From NCBI GenBank assembly GCA_963709325.1, contig CAVPVV010000003.1, positions 4,358,638-4,422,637 on the forward strand: a stretch of DNA of 64,000 nt, written 5' to 3'. The notes under the pieces are model-generated. The model was given only the letters and a program-made list of their open reading frames with translations, ran no database searches and was not told the origin of the DNA. Shown here in pieces: positions 18,625 to 27,868 of the stretch; the first letter of the stretch is position 1, and each line of letters starts with the position of its first letter. Both the position numbers and the translations under genes were made by a program. This stretch comes from an uncultured Acidobacteriota bacterium (GTDB lineage: Bacteria > Acidobacteriota > Vicinamibacteria > Vicinamibacterales > UBA2999).

Positions 18625-19806
18625 ATGAATCGGGGAGTGGTTCGCGCCGCGGTCTGGGCGCCGGTCGTGCTGTTTGCCGGCGTGCTGACCGCCGCCCTGA
18701 GCGTCACCGAGCGTGCCGTCGAGACGCATCCGCGGATCACGACGACGCTGCTGTGGGTGAAGGACATCGCGCCGATCCTCCAGCGCCGCTGTTTCAGCTG
18801 CCATTCGCCGAACAACGTGGCGATGTCGCTCATCACCTACAACGAGGCCCGTCCGTGGGCGGCGGCGATTCGCGAAGAGGTGCTGATCCGCCACATGCCG
18901 CCGTGGGCGGCGGTCGCCGGGTATGGCCGCTTCCAGAACGATCCGTCGTTGACTCAGGGCGAGTGGGATCTGCTCGTCGCATGGGTGGACGGCGGCGCGC
19001 CCAGCGGCCAGACGCTGCAGGAAGGCGAGGTGCCGCCCCTCTTCGTGCCCTCGGATGCCACCTGGCTTCAGGGCGAGCCCGATCTCACGGCAAAGGCGCC
19101 GAAGCCCCAGGAGATCGCCGCCAACACTCCGGATCGCGTCGAGCGCATGGAATTCGATCCCGGCTTGAGCGGCGATCAGCGGATTCACGGCATCGCCTTC
19201 AAGCCCGGCGCCCGGCGCGTCGTGCGCTACGCGTCGATCTTCGAGGCCGGCACGAACCGGTGGCTGTTCACCTGGACGCCGTGGGGGACCGCGATGCACC
19301 TGCCGGAGAATGTGGCGTTCACGCTCAGGGCGGGCACGAAACTGAACGTCGAAATCGGTTACCACGGCACAGAAGAAGCGGTGTCGGACACGAGCGAGAT
19401 CGGGCTCTATCTCGAGAAGAGCGGCGCGGCAGGTCCCGCCTCGGTGCTGGCGATGCAGAGCGGCGCCGCCGAGGTGCCGCCCGGCGGCAAGCCGGTGAAG
19501 TTCCGCGCCGAGCTTCAGTGGGACGAGACCGCGGCGCTGCAGGCGGTCTATCCCGAAACTCCGGCTGGCACCACCTCGCTCGAGCTCACAGCGATGCTGC
19601 CCGATGGCGGAGTCCGCCCGCTGCTGTGGCTGCGCGACTACCGCGCCGACTGGCCGACGCCTTATCTCTACGTCGACCCGGTGCCGCTTCCGCGAGGCGC
19701 GAAGCTGGTGATGACCACCTACGTGGCCAATGCCGGCGAGCAGCCGCTCAAGGCGCAGCCACGGCTGCACCTCACCCGCGTGCCGGCGTCGGCGACGACG
19801 TTCTGA
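18625..19806 (+). CDS. paralogue of 15893..17365: cytochrome c motif protein lacking the His copper-ligand series
   Basis: The N-terminal region is shared with 15893..17365: KDIAPILQRRCFSCHSP against KDIAPILQRSCQNCHRP, ARPWAAAIREE against VRPWARAIRQR, WVDGGAPSG against WVEAGAPRG. Start chosen at MNRGVV after the repeat element. Confidence 0.75.
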   Translation: MNRGVVRAAVWAPVVLFAGVLTAALSVTERAVETHPRITTTLLWVKDIAPILQRRCFSCHSPNNVAMSLITYNEARPWAAAIREEVLIRHMPPWAAVAGYGRFQNDPSLTQGEWDLLVAWVDGGAPSGQTLQEGEVPPLFVPSDATWLQGEPDLTAKAPKPQEIAANTPDRVERMEFDPGLSGDQRIHGIAFKPGARRVVRYASIFEAGTNRWLFTWTPWGTAMHLPENVAFTLRAGTKLNVEIGYHGTEEAVSDTSEIGLYLEKSGAAGPASVLAMQSGAAEVPPGGKPVKFRAELQWDETAALQAVYPETPAGTTSLELTAMLPDGGVRPLLWLRDYRADWPTPYLYVDPVPLPRGAKLVMTTYVANAGEQPLKAQPRLHLTRVPASATTF

Positions 19807-19813
19807 GCCGCCG

Positions 19814-20782
19814 ATGCCGTCCCGCCGGACCTTCCTCGCGAGCCTCGCCGCCGGCGGCATGGGGACGGCGCTCTTCGGCCCGCGCCGCCTTCAGGCGTCT
19901 ACGACGCGCGATCAGCTGCGCTCGTCAGAGTTGTTCCACGCCGGGGCCGAGCTCGTCCCGACCGCGGCGACCGTGCGGGACGGCGAGGGCCGGCTCGTCA
20001 CCTCGTTGCAGCGCGAGGATTTCACCGTTTCCGAATCCGGCACCGATCAGCCCATCACGCAGTTCACGCGCGAGCGGGTGCCACTCAACCTGGCGCTGAT
20101 CCTCGACGTCAGCGACAGCATGCGCGGTCCGCGGATGGACGATGCCCGCCTGGCCGTCAAGACGTTCCTCGAGGAGTTGCTGAAGCCCGAGGACGAGGCG
20201 GCGCTGCTGGTGTTCAATCACGCGACCCACGTGCTGTCGAACTGGACGACCGACCGCGAGCCGCTACTCGCGGCCCTGGCCGACACGCGGCCGACCGGCG
20301 GCACCGCCATCTACGATGCGGTGAACACCGCCATCCCGCTCTTCACGGATCGGCGCCATCCCCGCGCGGCAATGGTGCTGGTCTCTGATGGTGCCGATAC
20401 TGCCAGCGACACGACCGTGATCGACCTCAAGCAGCGCCTGAGTCGTGGGGATGTGTTCCTGTACGGCGTGGCCATCGACACGCCGAACGCCCGATCGTCG
20501 CAGCGCATCAACCCGCAGGTGTTCCGCGAGCTGTCGGCCCAGAGCGGTGGCTACGCGGAAGTGATTGGGTCGACGGCGGAGATCGGTCCGGCCATGGCCC
20601 GCATCGCCGAGGAATTAAACGCCCAGTACATGCTCGGATATACCCCGGTCACCCCGGGAGATGGCCGATTTCGATCGATTCGCGTCTCGGTCGGCAAGGG
20701 GCTGGAGTATATCGTGCGGCCCGACGAGGCGTGTGCGGTGAGCGTCAAGTGCGGCGTTCCAGTTGATGCATTGATGAGTTGA
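19814..20782 (+). CDS. VWA domain protein (acidobacterial VWFA-related type) with Tat-like signal
   Basis: Twin-arginine SRRTFLASLAAGG. MIDAS DVSDSM. LVSDGADT. The tail RFRSIRVSV is typical of the TIGR03436-like family. Confidence 0.8.
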   Translation: MPSRRTFLASLAAGGMGTALFGPRRLQASTTRDQLRSSELFHAGAELVPTAATVRDGEGRLVTSLQREDFTVSESGTDQPITQFTRERVPLNLALILDVSDSMRGPRMDDARLAVKTFLEELLKPEDEAALLVFNHATHVLSNWTTDREPLLAALADTRPTGGTAIYDAVNTAIPLFTDRRHPRAAMVLVSDGADTASDTTVIDLKQRLSRGDVFLYGVAIDTPNARSSQRINPQVFRELSAQSGGYAEVIGSTAEIGPAMARIAEELNAQYMLGYTPVTPGDGRFRSIRVSVGKGLEYIVRPDEACAVSVKCGVPVDALMS

Positions 20783-20842
20783 CGATCCGGCGACTCGTTG
20801 CGCAGTCGGCCATCTGCACGCTGCTGGACGGACAGGCTGCTG

Positions 20843-21922
20843 TCAATGACTCCAATTAAGTGGCCGGCCGCGTCGTCGGTCGTCCATTGTCGATCGCAAT
20901 CGCCAATCCTCAATCGTCATTGGACGCCAGCTCAGCGTTTCGCCCGGACGAAGGACGCGAAACGTGAACGACACCGTAGACAGCTTGCCGGCGCGCTGGA
21001 ACTGTATCCAGGCCTTGTAGCGGCCAGCCTTCGGAAACAGCGTGTGGAACACCACGTCGGGCCCGCCGCCGCTCTTGATGGCGGTGCCCTCGAGCGTTTC
21101 TTCCGGGTGCGCGTGAATGTACGACGTCAGTTCCTCGTTGACGATGAGCGCGTGAGCGAAGGCGCCAAGGTAGCGCTCGAGGTCCTTGACGGGTTCGCCG
21201 GTGGCGGTGTTCGTGAAATGAATCGGTAGATCGAGGTCCGCCGACGCCACCAGCGCGCTCGGCGCGATCCGGAAGTCGATCGTCGTTCCCGCCTCACGCT
21301 TGCTCCACGCATCGTCGAGGCTCAGCGTCGGCACCGCAGAGAAGACGTCGCCGTCGAACCCGGCGGTCACAATCGGCGTCATCAGCACCTGGCCGGAGCC
21401 GCCGATCGGAAAGAAGTCCGAGATCACGACGTAGTGCCCCGGTTTGGGGAACGTCACGTCGAGCGCGAAGACGCCATCGGGCCCCTGCACGGGATGCTCG
21501 TGCATGAAGACTTCGGTGTCGCGGCTCAACACGAACAGGTGGTAGGGCATGTCGTGGACGACCGCGAAGTCGGTCACCGGCTTGCGGGTTACCGGATCCT
21601 CGATGTGGAAGCGGAGCTTGGTTTTCTGCCCCGGCTTGACCACTGCCGGAATTGTTTCCACGCGGAGCCGGTAGTTGGCGGTTCCGAGCGGGTTGCCGGG
21701 CACCAGCTCCATCCCGCAGCGCGGGCACTTGCCGGGCTCGCCGAGGATCACATCCGGATGCATCGGGCAGATGTAGCCGGTAATCGCCGGGGCCTGCGGC
21801 GGGGCCGCCGCACCCGGGCCGGCCGGGGTCTGCGCGGACACCACGACGATGGCTGAGCCGAGGGCCAGGACGTAGAGTCCGACGCTCAGGGTGAAGACGA
21901 GCCGGCGCATATCTACAAGCAT
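20843..21922 (-). CDS. exported heavy-metal-binding domain protein (CPMHPDV...CPRCGM) with two Ig/FixH-like domains
   Basis: Signal anchor, the motif YICPMHPDVILGEPGKCPRCGMEL, then two beta-sandwich-like repeats. The last ~25 codons run through low-complexity sequence, so the C-terminus is uncertain. Confidence 0.75.
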   Translation of the reverse strand: MLVDMRRLVFTLSVGLYVLALGSAIVVVSAQTPAGPGAAAPPQAPAITGYICPMHPDVILGEPGKCPRCGMELVPGNPLGTANYRLRVETIPAVVKPGQKTKLRFHIEDPVTRKPVTDFAVVHDMPYHLFVLSRDTEVFMHEHPVQGPDGVFALDVTFPKPGHYVVISDFFPIGGSGQVLMTPIVTAGFDGDVFSAVPTLSLDDAWSKREAGTTIDFRIAPSALVASADLDLPIHFTNTATGEPVKDLERYLGAFAHALIVNEELTSYIHAHPEETLEGTAIKSGGGPDVVFHTLFPKAGRYKAWIQFQRAGKLSTVSFTFRVLRPGETLSWRPMTIEDWRLRSTMDDRRRGRPLNWSH

Positions 21923-22071
21923 AAATCGGCGGGGTGCAGAGGTGCAGCGTGCCTCCGTAGTCCCCCGCTTCGTCCCACGGTCTCAGGGCTGATATTGCAC
22001 CAGCGTCATCGGCCTGTGGCAGACTCGTTCGGTTCCGCGCGGCCTGCGCGGAGCTCAGCAGGAGGTTAGAG

Positions 22072-22861
22072 ATGGCGACGACGAATTCCGTCCTGGGACG
22101 CCCCTTGTGGTACGAGCTCATGACGACCGACAAGCCTGCGGCCGAGGCGTTCTACAACCCGGTGGTCGGCTGGACCACACAGGCGTTTGACGGCGCGGGT
22201 ATGCCCTATGGCATGTGGACGCGGACGGACGGGACCCCGACCGGCGGCGTGATGTCGATGCCCGACGACCTGCGGTCGATGAAAGTGCCGCCCTTCTGGG
22301 CGATGTACATCGGCGTGGACAAACTGGAAGCAGCCGCCGCGCGCGTGAAGGAGCTGGGCGGTTCGACGGTCACCGAGATCATCACGGTGCCGAACGTCGG
22401 CCGGATGCAGATGGTCAAGGATCCGCAGGGCGCGAGCTTCTATCTTTACGAGCCGGCCAATCCCCCGCAGAGCGCCGAGGAGTGGGGCCGGCTCGGCGAC
22501 GCATCGTGGCTCGAGCTCTACACCACGCGACAACGAGGCCGCGATGCGCTTCTATGGCGAGCTCTTCGGATGGAAGCCGACCGAGTCGATGGACATGGGG
22601 GCAATGGGCGTCTACCGGATGTTCGGCCGCTCGTCACAGTCGATCGGCGGGATGATGACCAAGACGCCCGACATGGCGCATGTGCCGACGACCTGGATCA
22701 TCTACTTCCGCGTGCCCGACGTCCAGGCCGCGGCCGAGAAGATCAAATCGCTCGGCGGGCAGATGGTTATGGGCCCGATGGAGGTGCCTGGCGGCAGCTG
22801 GGTGCTGCAAGGCAAGGACCCGCAAGGCGGCCACTTCGCCCTGCACCACATGAAGGCCTAG
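22072..22861 (+). CDS. two-domain VOC (glyoxalase/bleomycin-resistance fold) protein, split by an apparent +1 frameshift near 22525-22529
   Basis: AGGAGG RBS. Domain 1 (WYELMTTD...FYLYEP) is in frame 1. Domain 2 (AMRFYGELFGWKP...GGHFALHHMKA) is in ORF 22544..22861 (frame 2). The span is 3n+1. Confidence 0.8.
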
Positions 22862-22870
22862 CGCCACCCG

Positions 22871-23146
22871 TCACTGAACCCGACCGAAGCGGATTGTGCT
22901 GCGTTCGCGCGCGCGCGCCGCTTCGGTCTCACGATTCTTCGGCGGCGCGTTGGTCTCGAGCGAATCGATGAGCCTGCGGGCGACGGCGGACACTTCCTCA
23001 ATGGCTTGCTCGAACGCGGCCTCATTGGCTTTCGACGGCTGTGTGAACCCGCTCAACTTGCGGACGAACTGCAGCGAGGCGGCGCGGATCTCCTCGTCGG
23101 TGGCCGGTGGGTCGAAGTTGAAGAGCGTCTTGATGTTGCGGCACAT
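22871..23146 (-). CDS. DUF2277-like small protein
   Basis: MCRNIKTLFNFDPPATDEEIRAASLQFVRKLSGFTQPSKANE matches my recollection of the DUF2277 N-terminus. Confidence 0.65.
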   Translation of the reverse strand: MCRNIKTLFNFDPPATDEEIRAASLQFVRKLSGFTQPSKANEAAFEQAIEEVSAVARRLIDSLETNAPPKNRETEAARARERSTIRFGRVQ

Positions 23147-23206
23147 ATCGCCATAGTAATTCGCCGGAACTCAACTTTTCCGGCCCGCGCTTCGTCCAAT
23201 GCGGTC

Positions 23207-25711
23207 ATGCGCAACCTGCGACTCGCGTTCCGGACACTCGTCAGGACGCCGTTCGTCAGCCTCGTGGCCGTCCTCTCGCTGGCCCTCGGCCTCGGTGCGA
23301 ACTCGGCGATCTTCTCGCTGTTCAACCAGATGCTGCTGCGCCCGCTCCCCGTGCCGGCGCCTGGCGAGCTGGTCAACCTCGGCGCACCCGGTCCCAAGCC
23401 CGGCTCGACCTCCTGCAACCAGTCCGGTGATTGCGAACAGATCTTCAGCTACCCGATGTTCCGGGACCTGGAGCGCGTGCAGACCAGCTTCGTCGGCGTG
23501 GCCGCGCACCGGACCTTCAGCGCCAACGTGGCGTTCGGCGGTCAGACGGAGTCTGCCCGCGGGACGCTGGTGTCCGGCAGCTACTTTCCGGTCCTTGGCC
23601 TGCAGCCGGCGATCGGACGGCTCTTCACAGCCGACGACGACAAGACGCCGGGCGGTCACAGCCTCGTCGTCTTGAGCCACGACTACTGGCGCCGGCGCTT
23701 CCAGGAAGATCCTTCAGTGCTCGGCCAGACGATGATGGTCAACGGTCATGGCCTCACCATCATCGGCGTCGCGCCGCGCCGCTTCGAGGGGACGACGCTG
23801 GGCGTGTGGCCCGCCGTTTACGTGCCGATCACCATGCGCGGCGAAATGCAGCCAAACCCGAACGGGCCGAACTTCGAGAACAGGCGCAGCTATTGGGTGT
23901 ACCTCTTCGCGCGGCTCAAGCCGGGAGTGCGCATCGACGGCGCGGCGGCGGCGTTGAACGCCGCCTACAGGGGAATCATCAACGACGTCGAGGCGCCGCT
24001 TCAGAAAGGCATGAGCGATCAGACGCTCGCGAGGTTCCGGCAGAAGACGATCGCGCTGACGCCCGGCGAGCGCGGGCAGAGCAGCGTGCATGGCGAGGCG
24101 CGCGCGCCGCTGCTGATCCTGTTCGCGGTCACCGGCACGGTGCTGCTCATCGCCTGCGCGAACATCGCCAACCTCCTGCTGGCCCGCGGCGCAGGCCGGT
24201 CCGCCGAGATGGCGGTGCGGCTGTCGATCGGCGCCAGCCGCGGGCAGCTGGTTCGACAGCTGCTCACCGAGTCGGTGCTCCTCGCGGCGCTAGGCGCCCT
24301 CTTCGGCGTGCTGGTTGCGAAGTGGACGCTGGACACCATCGCATCCATCGTACCGCCCGAGGGAGCGGCCCTGGTTGCGTTCAAGCTCGAGCCCGCGATG
24401 CTCGGCTTTGCCGCCGTGGCAGCGCTCGTCACCGGGATTGCCTTCGGTCTGTTTCCGGCGCTCCACAGCACCAACCCCGAGCTGGCGTCGACGCTCAAGA
24501 ACCAGGCCGGACAGCCCTCAGGAGCGAAGGCGGCGAAGCGCTTCCGCGCCTCGCTGGCGACGGTGCAGATCGCGATGTCGATGGCGCTGCTCGTGCCGGC
24601 GGGGCTCTTTGCCAAGAGCCTGATGAACGTCAGCCGCGTCGACCTCGGCCTGAATCCGGATCACCTGGTCACCTTCTCCCTCAATCCGATCCTGAACGGC
24701 TACACGGCAGAGCGCAGCGCGGCGCTGTTCGAACAGCTTGAAGAACGGCTCGCGGCGCTGCCGGGCGTGACCAGCGCCGTGTTCTCGGCCGTACCGGTCC
24801 TGGCCGGGGACAACTGGAACAACGGCGTGGCCGTGGCTGGTTTCGAGGCCGGGCCCGACACCGACACCAGCGCCGCGTTCAACAGCATCGGTCCCGGGTT
24901 CTTCAAGACGATGGGCATGCCGCTCGTCCAGGGCCGTGACTTCACCCGCGCTGACGGCAAGGGCGCGGCCAAGGTGGCGATTGTCAACCAGGCTTTCGTC
25001 CGGAAGTTCGGCCTCGGCGACCGCGCCATCGGCTCGCGAATGAAGGAGTCGCGCGGCGAAGGCCCGCTCGACGTCGAGATCGTCGCCGTCGTTCAGGACG
25101 CGAAGTACAGCGACGTCAAGCGGCCGATCATCGCGCAGTACTTCACGCCGTACCGACAGTTCGAACAGATCGGCTTCGGCAACTTCTACCTCCGCACCGC
25201 GCTGGACCCGGAGGCGCTGATGACCGCGGTACCGGCGGCGATCAAGTCGCTCGATCCCAACCTGCCGATCGACGAGCTCAAGACGATGGAGATGCAAGTG
25301 CGGGAGAACGTGTTCCTCGATCGGATGATCAGCGTGCTGTCCACGGCGTTCGCCGGGCTGGCGACGCTGCTCGCCGCGGTCGGGCTGTACGGCGTGCTGG
25401 CCTACACCGTGGCGCAACGGACGCGCGAGTTCGGTCTGCGGATGGCGCTCGGTGCCGACGGAGGCCGCGTCCGCGGTCTGGTGCTGCGCCAGGTCGGCGT
25501 GATGGGACTCATCGGCGGCGCGATCGGCCTCGCCGCGGCTGTCGCGATCGGCCAGACGGCCGGGTCGCTGCTCTTCGAAATCACCGGCTACGACCCGACT
25601 GTGCTCGTTCTCTCGACGGCCATCCTTGCGCTCGTCACGCTGATAGCAGGGTACCTCCCGGCCCTCCGCGCCTCGCGCATTGACCCGATGAAGGCGCTCC
25701 GCTACGAGTAG
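23207..25711 (+). CDS. ADOP-family ABC transporter permease (MacB-like, duplicated FtsX domains), no adjacent ATPase
   Basis: 835 aa. N-terminus MRNLRLAFRTLVRTPFVSLVAVLSLALGLGANSAIFS. Two four-helix FtsX-like blocks are separated by large periplasmic domains. The tail is IDPMKALRYE. Confidence 0.9.
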   Translation: MRNLRLAFRTLVRTPFVSLVAVLSLALGLGANSAIFSLFNQMLLRPLPVPAPGELVNLGAPGPKPGSTSCNQSGDCEQIFSYPMFRDLERVQTSFVGVAAHRTFSANVAFGGQTESARGTLVSGSYFPVLGLQPAIGRLFTADDDKTPGGHSLVVLSHDYWRRRFQEDPSVLGQTMMVNGHGLTIIGVAPRRFEGTTLGVWPAVYVPITMRGEMQPNPNGPNFENRRSYWVYLFARLKPGVRIDGAAAALNAAYRGIINDVEAPLQKGMSDQTLARFRQKTIALTPGERGQSSVHGEARAPLLILFAVTGTVLLIACANIANLLLARGAGRSAEMAVRLSIGASRGQLVRQLLTESVLLAALGALFGVLVAKWTLDTIASIVPPEGAALVAFKLEPAMLGFAAVAALVTGIAFGLFPALHSTNPELASTLKNQAGQPSGAKAAKRFRASLATVQIAMSMALLVPAGLFAKSLMNVSRVDLGLNPDHLVTFSLNPILNGYTAERSAALFEQLEERLAALPGVTSAVFSAVPVLAGDNWNNGVAVAGFEAGPDTDTSAAFNSIGPGFFKTMGMPLVQGRDFTRADGKGAAKVAIVNQAFVRKFGLGDRAIGSRMKESRGEGPLDVEIVAVVQDAKYSDVKRPIIAQYFTPYRQFEQIGFGNFYLRTALDPEALMTAVPAAIKSLDPNLPIDELKTMEMQVRENVFLDRMISVLSTAFAGLATLLAAVGLYGVLAYTVAQRTREFGLRMALGADGGRVRGLVLRQVGVMGLIGGAIGLAAAVAIGQTAGSLLFEITGYDPTVLVLSTAILALVTLIAGYLPALRASRIDPMKALRYE

Positions 25712-25778
25712 CGGCTACCCCGCGCCATCGGTGTCCTCACGGCTTCATCGCCGATTCGCGGCGCGCGACGACGCTGTG

Positions 25779-26045
25779 TCAGAGGCGTGGGACGGTCCGC
25801 GAGTTCATCGCCCCGGCGGCGACCCGCTCCACTTCCTGCGCGCCGCGCGCCACAGTGGCGGCAATCTCGTCACGGATGTCGAGCCCTTTGTTGGTGAGCC
25901 GATCCACCGATTCTGTGGCGCGCTCCGCCAGCTCGCTCCTCGTTCGCGGCGCCAGCCACAGCGCGAGGCCCGCGCCGATGCATGTGCCGGTCAGCAGGCC
26001 GATGGCGAACCGGTGATCCGAGCGTCCCCGTCGCGGCTCAATCAT
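25779..26045 (-). CDS. YtxH-like small membrane-anchored protein
   Basis: Start chosen at MIEPRRG. One TM helix (FAIGLLTGTCIGAGLALWLAP) followed by an amphipathic helix region. Confidence 0.55.
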   Translation of the reverse strand: MIEPRRGRSDHRFAIGLLTGTCIGAGLALWLAPRTRSELAERATESVDRLTNKGLDIRDEIAATVARGAQEVERVAAGAMNSRTVPRL

Positions 26046-26158
26046 GTGCGTTGTGCTCCTGTCATCCACACTACGTCTTCGCGTCGCCGGTCGATGTTCG
26101 ATCGAGCACAGACGGACCGGGCTGGTTGCGGCACGCTGTGGCAACCAAGTACCCACTC

Positions 26159-26665
26159 ATGACACTGGACGCCAAGCGCACCACCCAGCTGGCCCGCCTG
26201 CTTCGCGAGATTGAGCGTGACGTGAGGTCCGACCTCCAGCTCCGTATCCGCCGCGGCCGGACTGAACGCACCACCGATGGCCTGGACGATCTCGAACACA
26301 CGGACGCCGATAGTGTCGAAGACTTGGCATTCTCCATCCTGCAGATGCGAGCCGAGCTGGTGGCGCGGATCGGTCAGGCGCTGGAGCGCCTCGGAGCCGG
26401 CCGCTATGGCCGCTGTGTCGAGTGCGACGAAGATATACCGGTAAAGCGCCTGCGGGCGCTGCCGGTCGCCATCCGCTGCCTGTCGTGCGAATCCCGGCGC
26501 GAGTTCGGCGCGGGCCATCCGACGGCCCATGGGCTTGCGCCGCGGCGACTTGTCGGTCCGCGAGTCCGCTGGCGTGACTCAGTCGTGCAGGAAGACGCTC
26601 AGCAGCGAGCTGTTGATCTTAAGCGGACGCTCGCCGTTGTACTCGATGGAAGCGGAGCTTCGTGA
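26159..26665 (+). CDS. TraR/DksA-family C4 zinc-finger protein
   Basis: CVECDEDIPVKRLRALPVAIRCLSCE zinc finger preceded by a coiled-coil region. The last ~30 codons overlap the Crp-like remnant on the other strand, so the C-terminus may be extended. Confidence 0.75.
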   Translation: MTLDAKRTTQLARLLREIERDVRSDLQLRIRRGRTERTTDGLDDLEHTDADSVEDLAFSILQMRAELVARIGQALERLGAGRYGRCVECDEDIPVKRLRALPVAIRCLSCESRREFGAGHPTAHGLAPRRLVGPRVRWRDSVVQEDAQQRAVDLKRTLAVVLDGSGAS

Positions 26666-27040
26666 ACTTGTTGAAGAAGAAGTTCACGCGCGATCGCGGG
26701 GTCCCGATATCTCGGCCAGCGTCTCCTGCAGGGACCTGCGGCACGACTGCGCACGGGCCGGCCCTGGCCGTACCGGTCAGCAGCAGAGCACGCGCCAGAC
26801 CCGGCACGAGCGTCGACTGGCCCGCTGACCGCATTGGCAGGGGGCTCGAGGACGGCCTGGCCCTCTGCCATGCGAGTCAGCGGGAGGTGGCCGGCTCGCC
26901 CGGGTCGCGTGATCGTCAGCTGCTGACTCTGTACGGCACGGGCCGCCAGTCGCGTCGCGTCAAGGTCTCGCAATCATGGTCAAGACGCAGCTCTAGCGTC
27001 TGCATGATTCGGCACCCAAAAGCGGGGCCCGCAAGCTTCA
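26579..27040 (-). pseudogene. decayed, 5'-truncated inverted copy of a Crp/Fnr-family regulator gene (C-terminal half only)
   Basis: Pieces in three minus-strand frames align to the intact gene at 27090..27749. They include LTRMAEGQAVLE, STLVPGLARALLL, LQETLAE, GTPRSRVNFFFNKFTKLRF and IEYNGERPLKINSSLLSVFLHD-stop. In a nucleotide alignment, TTCCATCGAG matches TTCATCGAA in the intact copy with one extra C. Confidence 0.7.
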
Positions 27041-27089
27041 GCTACGGCGGACGGTCTGCTGCGAGTGCTACGCTTGAGATGGTTCACTT

Positions 27090-27749
27090 ATGCCGAAGCG
27101 TACGGCACCCCTGAAGCCTGGGGTCCTCCTCGATTGGAGCAAGATGCAGACGAGTCGGCTGGTGTACGAGCCGACCGCACAGATCTTCGCGCAGGGCGAT
27201 CCGGCCACCAGCGTGATGTATGTCGAGGACGGCGTGGTGCGGCTGTCGGTCCTGTCGCACGCGGGCAAGGAAGTGGTGGTGGCCCTGGTCGAGGCCGGGC
27301 ATTTCTTCGGGGAAGGATGCCTGGCGGGCCAGTCGCACCGGATGGCCACCGCGACTGCGATGACGGCCTGCACCCTGCTGGCCGTCGAGCAGGACGAGAT
27401 GATCCGGCAGATCCACGCGGACTCGGCGTTCGCGGATCGCTTCCTCACCCACATGCTGACCCGCAACATCCGCATCGAAGAGGACCTGGTCGATCAGCTG
27501 CTGAACTCGACAGAGAAGCGCCTGGCCCGGACGCTCCTCCTGCTCGCCCACTACGGGCAGCCTACGACGCACCGCGAGCTCCCCAACGTGTCTCAGGAGA
27601 TCCTGGCCGAGATGGTGGGCACCACGCGGTCGCGCGTCAACTTCTTCATGAACAAGTTCCGGAAGCTGGGATTCATCGAATACAAGGGCGGGGCGGCCAG
27701 CGGGGTCAAGGTCCGCAATTCGCTGCTGGGCGTGGTGCTGCGCGACTGA
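27090..27749 (+). CDS. Crp/Fnr family transcriptional regulator
   Basis: cNMP-binding beta-roll (GDPATSVMYVEDGVVRLS...GHFFGEGCL) and C-terminal HTH (SQEILAEMVGTTRSRVNFFMNKFRKLGFIEY). Confidence 0.9.
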   Translation: MPKRTAPLKPGVLLDWSKMQTSRLVYEPTAQIFAQGDPATSVMYVEDGVVRLSVLSHAGKEVVVALVEAGHFFGEGCLAGQSHRMATATAMTACTLLAVEQDEMIRQIHADSAFADRFLTHMLTRNIRIEEDLVDQLLNSTEKRLARTLLLLAHYGQPTTHRELPNVSQEILAEMVGTTRSRVNFFMNKFRKLGFIEYKGGAASGVKVRNSLLGVVLRD

Positions 27750-27868
27750 CTGTCGCTCAGCAGCTGGTCGACTACGAAGGGCGTCACCAGGTGATGTGCG
27801 CTTCGCGTCTGTCCGTGTGGCCGTTGACATGACAATAAGGGGAATTGCGGCGGCGATGGCGGGACGGC

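Noticed and set aside
20755-20925. Possible further word-repeat hairpin (TTGATG / CAATCG words) between the VWA gene and the heavy-metal-binding-domain gene.
   Set aside because: The arms lie inside the 3' ends of both CDSs, and hand alignment finds only about 7 nt of clear complementarity. That is too weak to call, although the low-complexity tails make both C-termini uncertain.
26662-27114. 150-aa plus-strand ORF between the TraR/DksA and Crp genes.
   Set aside because: It is the antisense reading of the Crp-like remnant. It has a low-complexity Arg/Ser/Pro composition and no RBS.
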